Virus record (IMG/VR): IMGVR_UViG_3300027668_000010
Location: 36,505-100,504 of that record
Strand: one strand, 5' to 3'
Origin: a virus
Length of the DNA stretch: 64,000 bases
Below the pieces are notes generated by a model, which did no database searches, had not been told where the DNA came from, and saw only the letters and a program-made list of their open reading frames with translations. Below are positions 1-8,771 of this stretch, piece after piece. Numbering within the stretch: position 1 is the stretch's first letter; every line of letters begins with the position of its first letter. A program made the position numbers and the translations under genes.

Positions 1-1
1 A

Positions 2-457
2 ATGTCAGTACTAATCGATAATAGATTATGTACTCATGCTGGGGTTAGTTCTCAATTCTTAAAAGATGTAGGTTTCTATAAGCAAGATAATGTAGATGAA
101 TCAATGATATCTAATTATCTAAATGAACTGTTTCACCACAAGCCAAATGAATTTACATTCAATGGTTGTTATGATAGAAATAATACAGGCAAAAGCCCAA
201 ATGGACATGGAGATGATGATTGGCAATCACCAATTTGGATTCGACCTCATTCATTACAAAGAGTTAATAAGAATACAGAATTAAAGAAAAATTACATTCA
301 AATTGTTGGGCATACTCAACAACATCATATTGATATTAAAGGTAAAACGACCGGTGGTAAGTATTATTATATTGATACACTTCCTATTGGTGAATACCTT
401 ATCGATACAGATGGTGAATTTAAAATAGGATATACAACAATTGTAAAATACACATAA
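2..457 (+). CDS. calcineurin-like metallophosphoesterase, C-terminal part (truncated by window edge)
   Basis: THAGVS, PIWIRP, QIVGHT and IDT motifs. Confidence 0.7.
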   Translation: MSVLIDNRLCTHAGVSSQFLKDVGFYKQDNVDESMISNYLNELFHHKPNEFTFNGCYDRNNTGKSPNGHGDDDWQSPIWIRPHSLQRVNKNTELKKNYIQIVGHTQQHHIDIKGKTTGGKYYYIDTLPIGEYLIDTDGEFKIGYTTIVKYT

Positions 458-639
458 GATGATTGAGATTTCACTATTAGAGTTCTATGCTAAATATTGT
501 AAAGTAAATGGAAAAGAACCTACCATAACAGATAAGGATAAATGGTTGCTTGAAAATTTAGAGAGTGGCAATATACAAAGAGTATGGACTCGTAAATATG
601 GATGGCAATACAAACAATTGTAAAATACATATAAGATGA
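436..639 (+). repeat. 27-bp direct repeat (436-462 and 613-639) flanking a small ORF
   Basis: aacaattgtaaaatacaYataagatga occurs twice with 1 mismatch. Confidence 0.85.
459..623 (+). CDS. small hypothetical protein (54 aa, absent from ORF track)
   Basis: ATG459-TAA623, MIEISLLEFYAKYC...; fills the gap between neighbours. Confidence 0.6.
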   Translation: MIEISLLEFYAKYCKVNGKEPTITDKDKWLLENLESGNIQRVWTRKYGWQYKQL

Positions 640-782
640 GAAAAATAGAAATAGAAATAAGTGAAATATGGGGGCAAATATACCTCCTTCCCTTTATAAA
701 GATAACACATGATAAGTTTCTTAACGGAAAATATGAGTTTATAGTAGGGTGGTTAAAATGGGAAGTAATTATAATGTTATGA
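636..782 (+). CDS. small hypothetical protein (48 aa, absent from ORF track)
   Basis: ATG636-TGA782; ATGA overlap with the next gene. Confidence 0.6.
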   Translation: MRKIEIEISEIWGQIYLLPFIKITHDKFLNGKYEFIVGWLKWEVIIML

Positions 783-1003
783 AAGGAATATTAGAATACA
801 ATTTAGACGAAAGAGAAGATGAAATGGCAATGAAAAAAGCTATGAAATCATCAGATATGGCAGGATTTATATGGGACTTACAACATAACTTTTGGAGAAA
901 ATGGAAACATGATGAAACTGATTTTAACTTAGAAACATATAGAGAAGCATTGGGTGAGTTATTAGAGAATTACAATATTAACATAGATGAGTTAATAGAA
1001 TAA
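779..1003 (+). CDS. hypothetical phage protein
   Basis: likely start ATG779 (ATGA coupling); MKGILEYNLDE... Confidence 0.65.
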   Translation: MKGILEYNLDEREDEMAMKKAMKSSDMAGFIWDLQHNFWRKWKHDETDFNLETYREALGELLENYNINIDELIE

Positions 1004-1030
1004 AAATTAAAAAAGTTAGATTGAAATTAA

Positions 1031-2281
1031 ATGATTGATTTCCAAAGTGAAGGTTCAATAGTAATGAATAAAGTGTATATGCACCCAATATGGTCGGATG
1101 TACATCTTCACCCTGCGCAAAATAAACTATCATTACTCTACATCTACGATATAGAGGAAAAGCGAGAGGTTGTTATCAACATTGGTAATAGTGATTACCA
1201 TACATCATCCCTAAGTGATATAACATTCGATATAAAGGAGGCAAATGTATTTGGGAAGAAATCCTTCCTAAATATGATAGAACTCCCACAAACGGTTGAA
1301 GCGGGGTTGTACAAATACCTACAAGATAACAAAACCCTAAAAGAATACCCAACATCAGCACATACATTTTATCAGAGAAAGTTTCATAATATGAAATGGG
1401 TAAATAATTTAATACCTATCACTAAACATATAGAATCTATCAGACAAACAAGAGATGAATTCCTACAGTATTACGATGTAGGTGGGGGAATCGAAAAAAG
1501 TGTGAAGAAATTTGACAATTTCTACATAGAGCCGTTATCCAAAGTAGAAAAAAGTGGGATATGGACAGAGAGTGGGATGGAGTGGACTCAATATCATCCG
1601 TTTACGTTAACTTCCCGCCCTTCAAACAACTTTGGGGGTATCAACTATGCTGCACTTAACAAAGAAGATGGTAGTAGAGATAGATTTGTGAGTAGATTCG
1701 ATGGGGGTAAATTAATCCAATTTGATTATGATGCATATCATCCTCGTATTATTGGTAAGATGGTAGGAGAACCGATTCCGTTGGATGTGAGTGGACACCA
1801 AACCCTAGCAGATATGTATGGGGTATCTTATTCGGAATCAAAACCAATAACGTTTCGTCAATTATATGGTGGTGTTCAAAGTGAGTACTTACATATACCG
1901 TTGTTTAAGAAAGTATCACACAAAATAGATAAGATGTGGGTTGAGTTCACACGTAATGGTTACATTATTACTCCAATGGGTAGAAAGCTTGTTAGAACGA
2001 ACCTAAACGATATGAACGCTAATAAACTATTTAATTATGTTTTACAATCAACGGAAACCGAATTAAATATGGTTATACTTTTAAAATTAATGGAGTTTAT
2101 GAAAGATATGAAGTCTAAAATGGTTTTATATACATATGATTCATATTTATTGGATATACACCCTACTGAAATTGGGGTATTAAAAGAATTAAAGATACTT
2201 ATAGAAGTAAATGGCTTTCCAACGAAAGTAGAGGCTGGTAATCGGTATTCAGAGATGAGTTCGGTTGAAATGAATAAATAG
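1031..2281 (+). CDS. short, divergent family-A DNA polymerase-like protein
   Basis: TSRPS, NYAAL, motif A FDYDAYHPR, motif B K..TFRQLYGG, FNYVLQS, motif C YTYDSYLLD. Confidence 0.75.
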   Translation: MIDFQSEGSIVMNKVYMHPIWSDVHLHPAQNKLSLLYIYDIEEKREVVINIGNSDYHTSSLSDITFDIKEANVFGKKSFLNMIELPQTVEAGLYKYLQDNKTLKEYPTSAHTFYQRKFHNMKWVNNLIPITKHIESIRQTRDEFLQYYDVGGGIEKSVKKFDNFYIEPLSKVEKSGIWTESGMEWTQYHPFTLTSRPSNNFGGINYAALNKEDGSRDRFVSRFDGGKLIQFDYDAYHPRIIGKMVGEPIPLDVSGHQTLADMYGVSYSESKPITFRQLYGGVQSEYLHIPLFKKVSHKIDKMWVEFTRNGYIITPMGRKLVRTNLNDMNANKLFNYVLQSTETELNMVILLKLMEFMKDMKSKMVLYTYDSYLLDIHPTEIGVLKELKILIEVNGFPTKVEAGNRYSEMSSVEMNK

Positions 2282-2289
2282 GCAAATAT

Positions 2290-4335
2290 ATGAAAGATTT
2301 TCTTAAAGAGATTATAAGGTTATGGTGGGTTGAAGCTGGAACTGCATTAAAAAACCCTAAATCAGAGGCATCCATTAAAGCACTTAGAACAATTTTAAAA
2401 GAAGACTTAGATTTTCCTAGTGAAGCCATTGAGTACATAATTGAAAATATAAAAACACCAACAACTCACTTTGCAGCAGATACCAAATCATCATCAGGAA
2501 TCAATGTTGGCAAAAATCAATCTGCAGTTTCAGCACAATTACATCCTGATTGGGATGATGACGATTTAAATGAAGATGGTAACGATTTAAATGAAGCTGA
2601 AAAGTTTTCTGCTATAAAGAACGATACTAACAATCGAACTGATTTTGGAAGTCAACAAGCTAAAGATGCAGCAATTGCATTAGGTACACATACAGATATT
2701 AATAAAGATACCGGTGATGCAGAGGAAGATGATTCTACCGAAGAAGAAACTCCCGAAGACAAATTGGCCAGAGAAAAGGCGGAAGAGAAAGCTGCTGAAC
2801 CTGAATTTGATAAAGCTGCTCAAATGGATATGATGACCGCTCTCGAAAAGGATGTGGTTAAAGCAAACGATGATAAAGTTGAAAAAGATACAGCTGGTGA
2901 GAAATCAGAACCACAAGCAAATGGGTATGTAGGTGATAAGGATAAAAGTTTAAAACAAGGTGACCCGATAGAATCTGATGTTTATCAACAAGAGTTACCA
3001 CCTGATGATAAAGAGTTTACAGAAAAGAATAAAAAGTTTGCAAACCCAATCCCACCCGAACCATATAAAATGCCGGATTTCTTAAATGATAATCCTAAAT
3101 TCCCTAAGAAATATGTTAAGGCATTAGAACGTATGATGAATACACAGCCAAAGGGTGATGCTACTAAATGGGGGCATTTTTCTGATATAGAGGGTGGAGC
3201 CGGTCAAATCTCAGCACAAGCTGGTGAGTTAATGACTATGATGGGTTCTACTATGAGTGATGATGAGTGGAATGAATTTTCTAACTCAATTCTTAAACAT
3301 GATGATGATTTCAATAAAGCTAATCCAAAACTTAAAGCTTCTAAACATAAGATAGTTGATAAAACGTGGGTAAAGGCAGCAACACAAAGTAGAAAAGCAA
3401 TTAAGGATAGATTAACTGCTCAATATGGTGAAGGTGTTGAAATTGTAGCAGGTGCGTGGGATACACAATCTGATGTAGAAGCCATGGGATTATCAGATTA
3501 TGAAAAAAACAAAGGATTTTCAACTGATATGTATCTTAAAGTAAGAAAGTCTAATGGTGAAGAAGTTTTAGATGAGGTATCATTAAAAAAATCAACTAAA
3601 GTAAACTTCCTAAATTCAGGAGCTGGTGAATTTGCAAAATGGGATAAAAACTTACCTGATGAAATTAATCAATCCGTATATAGAGATAAAGCTAGAGCTC
3701 GTAATATATCAGTTGTTAATGAAAATAGAGCTGAAATTGAAAAGTTATTAAAATCACCTGAAGGTGCATCATTAAATGCTTTACTTAAATCTAAAAAGAT
3801 GAATTTGGATGATGCATTACAGGGTAACTCTAGAGCTAAACAAAAAGTTCTATGGACTGCTATTAATGAATTAGCTAAAAACGGAAACAAAGGTGCACAA
3901 TCTACTGTAGATACTGATGATAAAGCACATAGACAGTTTCAAGCTGATTCGGTTAAAGCAATTACTGAAAATCCAAAAATGAAAGAGGGTATGTTGAATA
4001 CCATTAAAAATGAGTTTCCATTAAAAGCTGTAAGTGATGGTGAAGAAACTATGGCCATCGGACCAAACTCATTAGATAAGAAAACGATGAAAGAGATATT
4101 TGGTACTGATGATTATAGTATATTAAAAGAGAACTTAGTTGCTGAAGATGGACCACCACCATTTATTGGATATAAAATAGAAACTTCAGGTGAAGTATTC
4201 GCAATTGCAGATATTGTTATTAGAGAAGATGGACGTGGTTATGGTGGTCAATTTAAATTTGAAATGCAGTTGAATCAAAAATCATTTGCAAAACGACTGG
4301 AACAAGCACAAGCAGATGTTTACGGTGATAACTAA
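2290..4335 (+). CDS. large hypothetical protein, putative head/internal protein with acidic N-terminal region
   Basis: 681 aa ORF; MKDFLKE start, DLNE-DGN-DLNE, acidic linker. Confidence 0.55.
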   Translation: MKDFLKEIIRLWWVEAGTALKNPKSEASIKALRTILKEDLDFPSEAIEYIIENIKTPTTHFAADTKSSSGINVGKNQSAVSAQLHPDWDDDDLNEDGNDLNEAEKFSAIKNDTNNRTDFGSQQAKDAAIALGTHTDINKDTGDAEEDDSTEEETPEDKLAREKAEEKAAEPEFDKAAQMDMMTALEKDVVKANDDKVEKDTAGEKSEPQANGYVGDKDKSLKQGDPIESDVYQQELPPDDKEFTEKNKKFANPIPPEPYKMPDFLNDNPKFPKKYVKALERMMNTQPKGDATKWGHFSDIEGGAGQISAQAGELMTMMGSTMSDDEWNEFSNSILKHDDDFNKANPKLKASKHKIVDKTWVKAATQSRKAIKDRLTAQYGEGVEIVAGAWDTQSDVEAMGLSDYEKNKGFSTDMYLKVRKSNGEEVLDEVSLKKSTKVNFLNSGAGEFAKWDKNLPDEINQSVYRDKARARNISVVNENRAEIEKLLKSPEGASLNALLKSKKMNLDDALQGNSRAKQKVLWTAINELAKNGNKGAQSTVDTDDKAHRQFQADSVKAITENPKMKEGMLNTIKNEFPLKAVSDGEETMAIGPNSLDKKTMKEIFGTDDYSILKENLVAEDGPPPFIGYKIETSGEVFAIADIVIREDGRGYGGQFKFEMQLNQKSFAKRLEQAQADVYGDN

Positions 4336-4350
4336 ATACGGAGAGAATGA

Positions 4351-4740
4351 GTGAGAACACAACTATTATGTAGCTTTACCGATGAGAATTCATTTGAGGG
4401 GTTATTAGAAACTATATTTAAAAAGTACGAAATATTCAGTAGAAAGATATTCATATTAAAGTTAGACCCTTCTAAAGAATTGGTGATAAGTTATAATATA
4501 ATACCAAATGTTAATTCAGAGTTTTTACCAAGTACTATAATGGTACATCGAAAGCAGGAAAGTAACACTCTATACACTATTAATTCATTAAACAGTTTGA
4601 TATTAGACTTAAACAATGGTAAGGTAGATAACGAATACCAAGTAGATTGGCAGAATTACAAAAATTCAATGGTTCTGACTGATGGGGGTGGGTATAAGAT
4701 AATGAAAACACACTTATTCAGAATAGTCAACGTTAATTAA
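4351..4740 (+). CDS. hypothetical phage protein
   Basis: 129 aa ORF, GTG start preceded by GGAGA. Confidence 0.7.
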   Translation: MRTQLLCSFTDENSFEGLLETIFKKYEIFSRKIFILKLDPSKELVISYNIIPNVNSEFLPSTIMVHRKQESNTLYTINSLNSLILDLNNGKVDNEYQVDWQNYKNSMVLTDGGGYKIMKTHLFRIVNVN

Positions 4741-4779
4741 AATAATTTAATATTTATTAACATAAAAGACCAGCATAAT

Positions 4780-4811
4780 TTGGTAAATCCAATTAAATGT
4801 TGTATATTTAC
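4780..4811 (+). promoter_or_regulatory. Bacteroidota-type promoter
   Basis: ttggtaaatcc...ttgtatatttac. Confidence 0.7.
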
Positions 4812-4839
4812 AAAGTAAAGAAATCAAAAGGATAACACT

Positions 4840-5229
4840 ATGGCAAATTTAAATGAAAACAGACGTTTAATGGAAGCGCAAATCAAATCATTAAGAAATA
4901 TCAACGAAGCTTTGGGGATGACCAAAGGGAAAGATAACAGACTAATGAAAGATTTAGAAAATATCATAGGTAATGAAGTTGAGTATACTACTAAAAAGAA
5001 CGGTAGAGTATCAGTTATCACATCATTTAGTGTACCTGGTGGAAAAAACAAATTGGAAGTTGAAGAAGATATGGATGGAATGTGGGTTGTAACATTGAGA
5101 GCTAAGAAAGGTATGAAAATATGGGCTAATGAGTTCGATTTTGGATTTAGTGATATCAAAGATGAAGAAACTGCAATGAAAGCTGCAATGAAAATGGCTA
5201 AAAAGCACAAAGGTGCATTCGCTTACTAA
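4840..5229 (+). CDS. hypothetical protein with LNE/LME/INE-rich N-terminus (putative internal head protein)
   Basis: MANLNE-NRRLME-AQIKSLRNINE. Confidence 0.6.
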   Translation: MANLNENRRLMEAQIKSLRNINEALGMTKGKDNRLMKDLENIIGNEVEYTTKKNGRVSVITSFSVPGGKNKLEVEEDMDGMWVVTLRAKKGMKIWANEFDFGFSDIKDEETAMKAAMKMAKKHKGAFAY

Positions 5230-5259
5230 AAAGAAATTACAAAATATATACAGAAAGGA

Positions 5260-5291
5260 TTGGTTAATCCAAGTTCTTTCCGTATATTTAC
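5260..5291 (+). promoter_or_regulatory. Bacteroidota-type promoter
   Basis: ttggttaatcc...cgtatatttac. Confidence 0.65.
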
Positions 5292-5317
5292 AAACCAAAT
5301 GGGTTATAATCACATCA

Positions 5318-5452
5318 ATGAGTAAAGTACCTACTAAAGCAGTTATAAATACCGCAGAATGGCCTAAATGTGTATATTGTAAAGAATCAATACCGGTAGG
5401 ATTACAACTCAAAAGAATATGTTTAAAGTGTTTAGGTAATAAAAATAAGTAA
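5318..5452 (+). CDS. small C4 zinc-finger protein (DksA/TraR-like finger)
   Basis: ATG5318 downstream of a promoter; CVYCKESIP...CLKC. Confidence 0.5.
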   Translation: MSKVPTKAVINTAEWPKCVYCKESIPVGLQLKRICLKCLGNKNK

Positions 5453-5478
5453 AATAAATTAAAAAAAACAACAAAACA

Positions 5479-5511
5479 TTAGGAATATCCAAATTAATGT
5501 TGTATATTTAC
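5479..5511 (+). promoter_or_regulatory. Bacteroidota-type promoter upstream of a non-coding structured segment
   Basis: ttaggaatatcc...ttgtatatttac. Confidence 0.7.
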
Positions 5512-5517
5512 AAAGTA

Positions 5518-5675
5518 ATGATTGAGAGATGTACTCTTTCAGCCTTACAGATGTATTGGTTATTTAGAATTGGCGTAAAGTTCGCCCTTAGTAAAATAAA
5601 TAATCGGTGGTTTTAAATCCACTATAAAAAATTAAGACCAGGTCAACGTATGGGTTTAAATTAACGTTGAAAAAT
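5518..5675 (+). ncRNA. candidate structured small RNA or leader
   Basis: own promoter, no sizeable ORF, four stem-loops with G.U pairs. Confidence 0.45.
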
Positions 5676-5691
5676 AATAAATGAAATATAA

Positions 5692-5723
5692 TTAGGAAAT
5701 TAGAAATAGTTTTCGTATATTTG
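5692..5723 (+). promoter_or_regulatory. Bacteroidota-type promoter for the SSB operon
   Basis: ttagg...cgtatatttg (TAnnTTTG). Confidence 0.7.
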
Positions 5724-5763
5724 TTTAAATAATAATAATTAATAACTAAAAACATAGTAAATT

Positions 5764-6570
5764 ATGGCAATTGATTTAAATGCAATTCGAAACAGACTAG
5801 ACAGTCTACAAACAAAGGTAACAAAAACAGATAACCTTTGGAAGCCGAAGCCCGGCAAACAGCAAGTAAGAATAGTACCTTACATCCACAACGAATCCAA
5901 TCCGTTTATTGAACTTTTCTTCCATTATGGTTTTGGTGGTAAGAATATTCTTTCACCCCAAACACATGGTGAAGCAGACCCATTAGTAGAGTTCGCTCAA
6001 CAACTAAAGGCGACTGGTGATAGAAACGATTGGAATTTATCAAAAGATTTAACACCCAAAATGAGAACTTATGTTCCCGTTGTAGTTCGTGGTGAAGAAT
6101 CAGAAGGAGTTAAGTTTTGGGGATTCGGTAAAACCGTATATCAAGAACTACTTGCTTTCTTTGCAGACCCAGACTATGGTGATTTAACAGACCCGATTAG
6201 TGGTAGAGATATCACCGTTGAGTTTAAGACAGCAAAGGAGTTAGGTAAGAACTATCCTGAAACTTATATCAGAGTTAAACCAAATCAAACACCTATTTCA
6301 GAAGATAAGAATGTTTTGACAATGTTGAAAGACCAAATTGAACTTCCTGGTATGTTCAAAAAATATGATTATGATGAAATGAAAGGTTTATTGGAAACTT
6401 GGATGGAAACTGGGAAAGTTGGTGAAGATACGGAATCTGAAACTCAACCTACTCAAACAGAATCACCATTTAAAGGTGATACCCCACAAACATCAGCACC
6501 ACAATCATCAGCACCTTCTTCGAAGGCAGCAGATGTAAAGGATGCATTTGATGATTTATTTAATAACTAA
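5764..6570 (+). CDS. single-stranded DNA-binding protein (T4 gp32-like)
   Basis: WKPKPG..VRIVP, GVKFWGFGK, DLTDPISGRD, acidic tail DAFDDLFNN; sits before recA. Confidence 0.8.
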   Translation: MAIDLNAIRNRLDSLQTKVTKTDNLWKPKPGKQQVRIVPYIHNESNPFIELFFHYGFGGKNILSPQTHGEADPLVEFAQQLKATGDRNDWNLSKDLTPKMRTYVPVVVRGEESEGVKFWGFGKTVYQELLAFFADPDYGDLTDPISGRDITVEFKTAKELGKNYPETYIRVKPNQTPISEDKNVLTMLKDQIELPGMFKKYDYDEMKGLLETWMETGKVGEDTESETQPTQTESPFKGDTPQTSAPQSSAPSSKAADVKDAFDDLFNN

Positions 6571-6579
6571 AATTAGGAT

Positions 6580-7701
6580 ATGGCAACGAAACGTGATGAA
6601 TTATCTTCACTTCTCGCCAGTAATCTTAATAAAAAGTTCAAAGGACAGGCACAAGCTGCATATTTCTTAGATGGCTCAGAACAGACACCCACCGATTTAA
6701 CGGAGTGGGTGTCTACTGGGGATGATATGTTAGATTTAGCAATATCGAATCGACCGAATGGTGGGTTTCCTGTTGGACGAATAGTTGAGGTTACGGGTTT
6801 AGAAGCGAGTGGAAAATCTCTATTATCTGCACATACATTAGCAAACTGCCAGAAGAAGGGTGGGTTAGCAGTATACATAGATACAGAGAACGCTATCAAT
6901 CAAGAGTTTTTAGAAGCATTAGGTGTTGATACCGCAAAGTTACTTTATGTACCTTTGGAAACGGTAGAAGATATCTTTGATGCTATGGATTCGATTATTG
7001 AATCAGTAAGAAAATCTGATAAGAAACGATTAGTAACAATTGTAGTTGATTCAGTAGCAGCTGCTACCACTAAGGTAGAACTTGCTGCAGATTATGACCA
7101 AGCGGGTTATGCAACCCAAAAGGCTATAATCATTTCAAAAGCAATGAGAAAGATTACAAATCTTATCGGAAGAGAAAGAATCTTAGTGGTATTTACAAAT
7201 CAACTGAGAGTTAGAATGGGAGTATCCTTTGGAGACCCATATACAACATCAGGTGGTAAAGCATTAGGGTTTCACGCATCTTGTAGATTGAGAATGAAAC
7301 AGATGGGTAAACTTAACGCTAAAATCGGTGGGGTTGAACAAGCAGTTGGTATTAAGACTAGAGTTCAGGTTATTAAAAACCGAATGGGACCACCATTACG
7401 TTCAATAGATTTTGAAATATATTTTGATAGGGGAATTGATAGATATGCTTCATGGCTTAACACTATGAAAACATATAAGTTACTAGAACAAGGTGGTGCA
7501 TGGTACACATGGACTTCCAAAGAGACTGGTGAGATTATTAAATTCCAAGCAAAAGATTTTCAAGGTAAATTGGATGAGAAGCCAGAGATAAAGGAGGAAA
7601 TGTATAAACAAATTTGTGATGCATATATTTTAGGATACAAAGAAGCATCCGAAAACGCAAACACAGATACAACCCAATTAGATGATACACACGAAATATA
7701 A
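6580..7701 (+). CDS. recA: RecA/UvsX recombinase
   Basis: GGFPVGRIVE, GLEASGKS, YIDTE, VVDSVAA, FTNQLR, SGGKALGF, KNR. Confidence 0.95.
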   Translation: MATKRDELSSLLASNLNKKFKGQAQAAYFLDGSEQTPTDLTEWVSTGDDMLDLAISNRPNGGFPVGRIVEVTGLEASGKSLLSAHTLANCQKKGGLAVYIDTENAINQEFLEALGVDTAKLLYVPLETVEDIFDAMDSIIESVRKSDKKRLVTIVVDSVAAATTKVELAADYDQAGYATQKAIIISKAMRKITNLIGRERILVVFTNQLRVRMGVSFGDPYTTSGGKALGFHASCRLRMKQMGKLNAKIGGVEQAVGIKTRVQVIKNRMGPPLRSIDFEIYFDRGIDRYASWLNTMKTYKLLEQGGAWYTWTSKETGEIIKFQAKDFQGKLDEKPEIKEEMYKQICDAYILGYKEASENANTDTTQLDDTHEI

Positions 7702-8719
7702 AGAAATGGTTGACAATCTATCAGAAACAAAACATGGTGATGTTAATGATAAAGTAATGATTGTTGATGGATTGAATATGTTTATCAGATGTTTTGGGGC
7801 AGTTCCAACTTTAAATGATGATGGGAATCACGTCGGTGGGGTAACAGGTTTTCTGTTATCCCTCGGCGCTCTTATCCGAAACAATAAACCTACCAGGGTT
7901 TTTATGGTATTTGATGGAAAGGGTGGTTCTACTCGTAGAAAGAAAATGTATAAAGGTTATAAGGAAGGTAGAACTGGAATGACTAAAGTAAACAGATTAG
8001 CTGGATACGAAGATTTAGAAGACCAGAGAGAATCTATGAAGAATCAATTCAATACGTTGATGAGATACTTAGATTTACTTCCAATCGATGTATGTTTTGT
8101 AGATTACGTTGAGGCTGATGATATTATGGCATATGCTGCAAAGCATGTATTCAAAAAAGAAGTTTTGATAGTATCATCTGATAAGGACTTTCTACAATTA
8201 GTGGATGATAGGATATCAGTATGGCAACCGATAAAGAAAAAGATGATGTACAAAGATGATGTTCAAAAATTATATGGAGTTCCATCAAAGAACTTAGTGT
8301 ATTTCAGAATCTTCGATGGGGATAAATCAGATAATATTCCAGGTGTTAAGGGTGTAGGTCCTAAAACAATTTTAAATAAGTTACCATTCCTTCAAGAAGA
8401 TAATATGAGTATGGAGAAATTGTTTGAAAATGTAGAGAAGCTTGATGATGAGAAGTTAAAGGCAAAAATAATGAATAGTAAAGATGTATTAACATTGAAC
8501 TACGATTTAATGCAGTTAAAAGAACCAGATATGTTGAGTGCAGCAATAACCTCAACAGTCCGTAGCATGATAGATTCACCAATTGAAGGATTAAACTCAT
8601 TTCAGTTCAAAAAAGATTTTATGGTTGATAAACTATACACTGCTTTTAAGAATATAGAGGTATGGTTATCAAACACTTGGACCGAATTAGACACCTATTC
8701 AAAACAAACTAGAAAATAG
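7682..8719 (+). CDS. 5'-3' exonuclease / flap endonuclease (T4 RNase H-like)
   Basis: IVDGLN, FDGKGG, YKEGR, EADD, SSDKDFLQL, GDKSDNIPGVKGVGPKT. Confidence 0.92.
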   Translation: MIHTKYKEMVDNLSETKHGDVNDKVMIVDGLNMFIRCFGAVPTLNDDGNHVGGVTGFLLSLGALIRNNKPTRVFMVFDGKGGSTRRKKMYKGYKEGRTGMTKVNRLAGYEDLEDQRESMKNQFNTLMRYLDLLPIDVCFVDYVEADDIMAYAAKHVFKKEVLIVSSDKDFLQLVDDRISVWQPIKKKMMYKDDVQKLYGVPSKNLVYFRIFDGDKSDNIPGVKGVGPKTILNKLPFLQEDNMSMEKLFENVEKLDDEKLKAKIMNSKDVLTLNYDLMQLKEPDMLSAAITSTVRSMIDSPIEGLNSFQFKKDFMVDKLYTAFKNIEVWLSNTWTELDTYSKQTRK

Positions 8720-8720
8720 C

Positions 8721-8752
8721 TTGTTAGTTTAGAATAAAAGTCGTATATTTAC
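8721..8752 (+). promoter_or_regulatory. Bacteroidota-type promoter
   Basis: ttg...tcgtatatttac upstream of the helicase. Confidence 0.6.
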
Positions 8753-8771
8753 AAAGTACTAATAAAAAACT

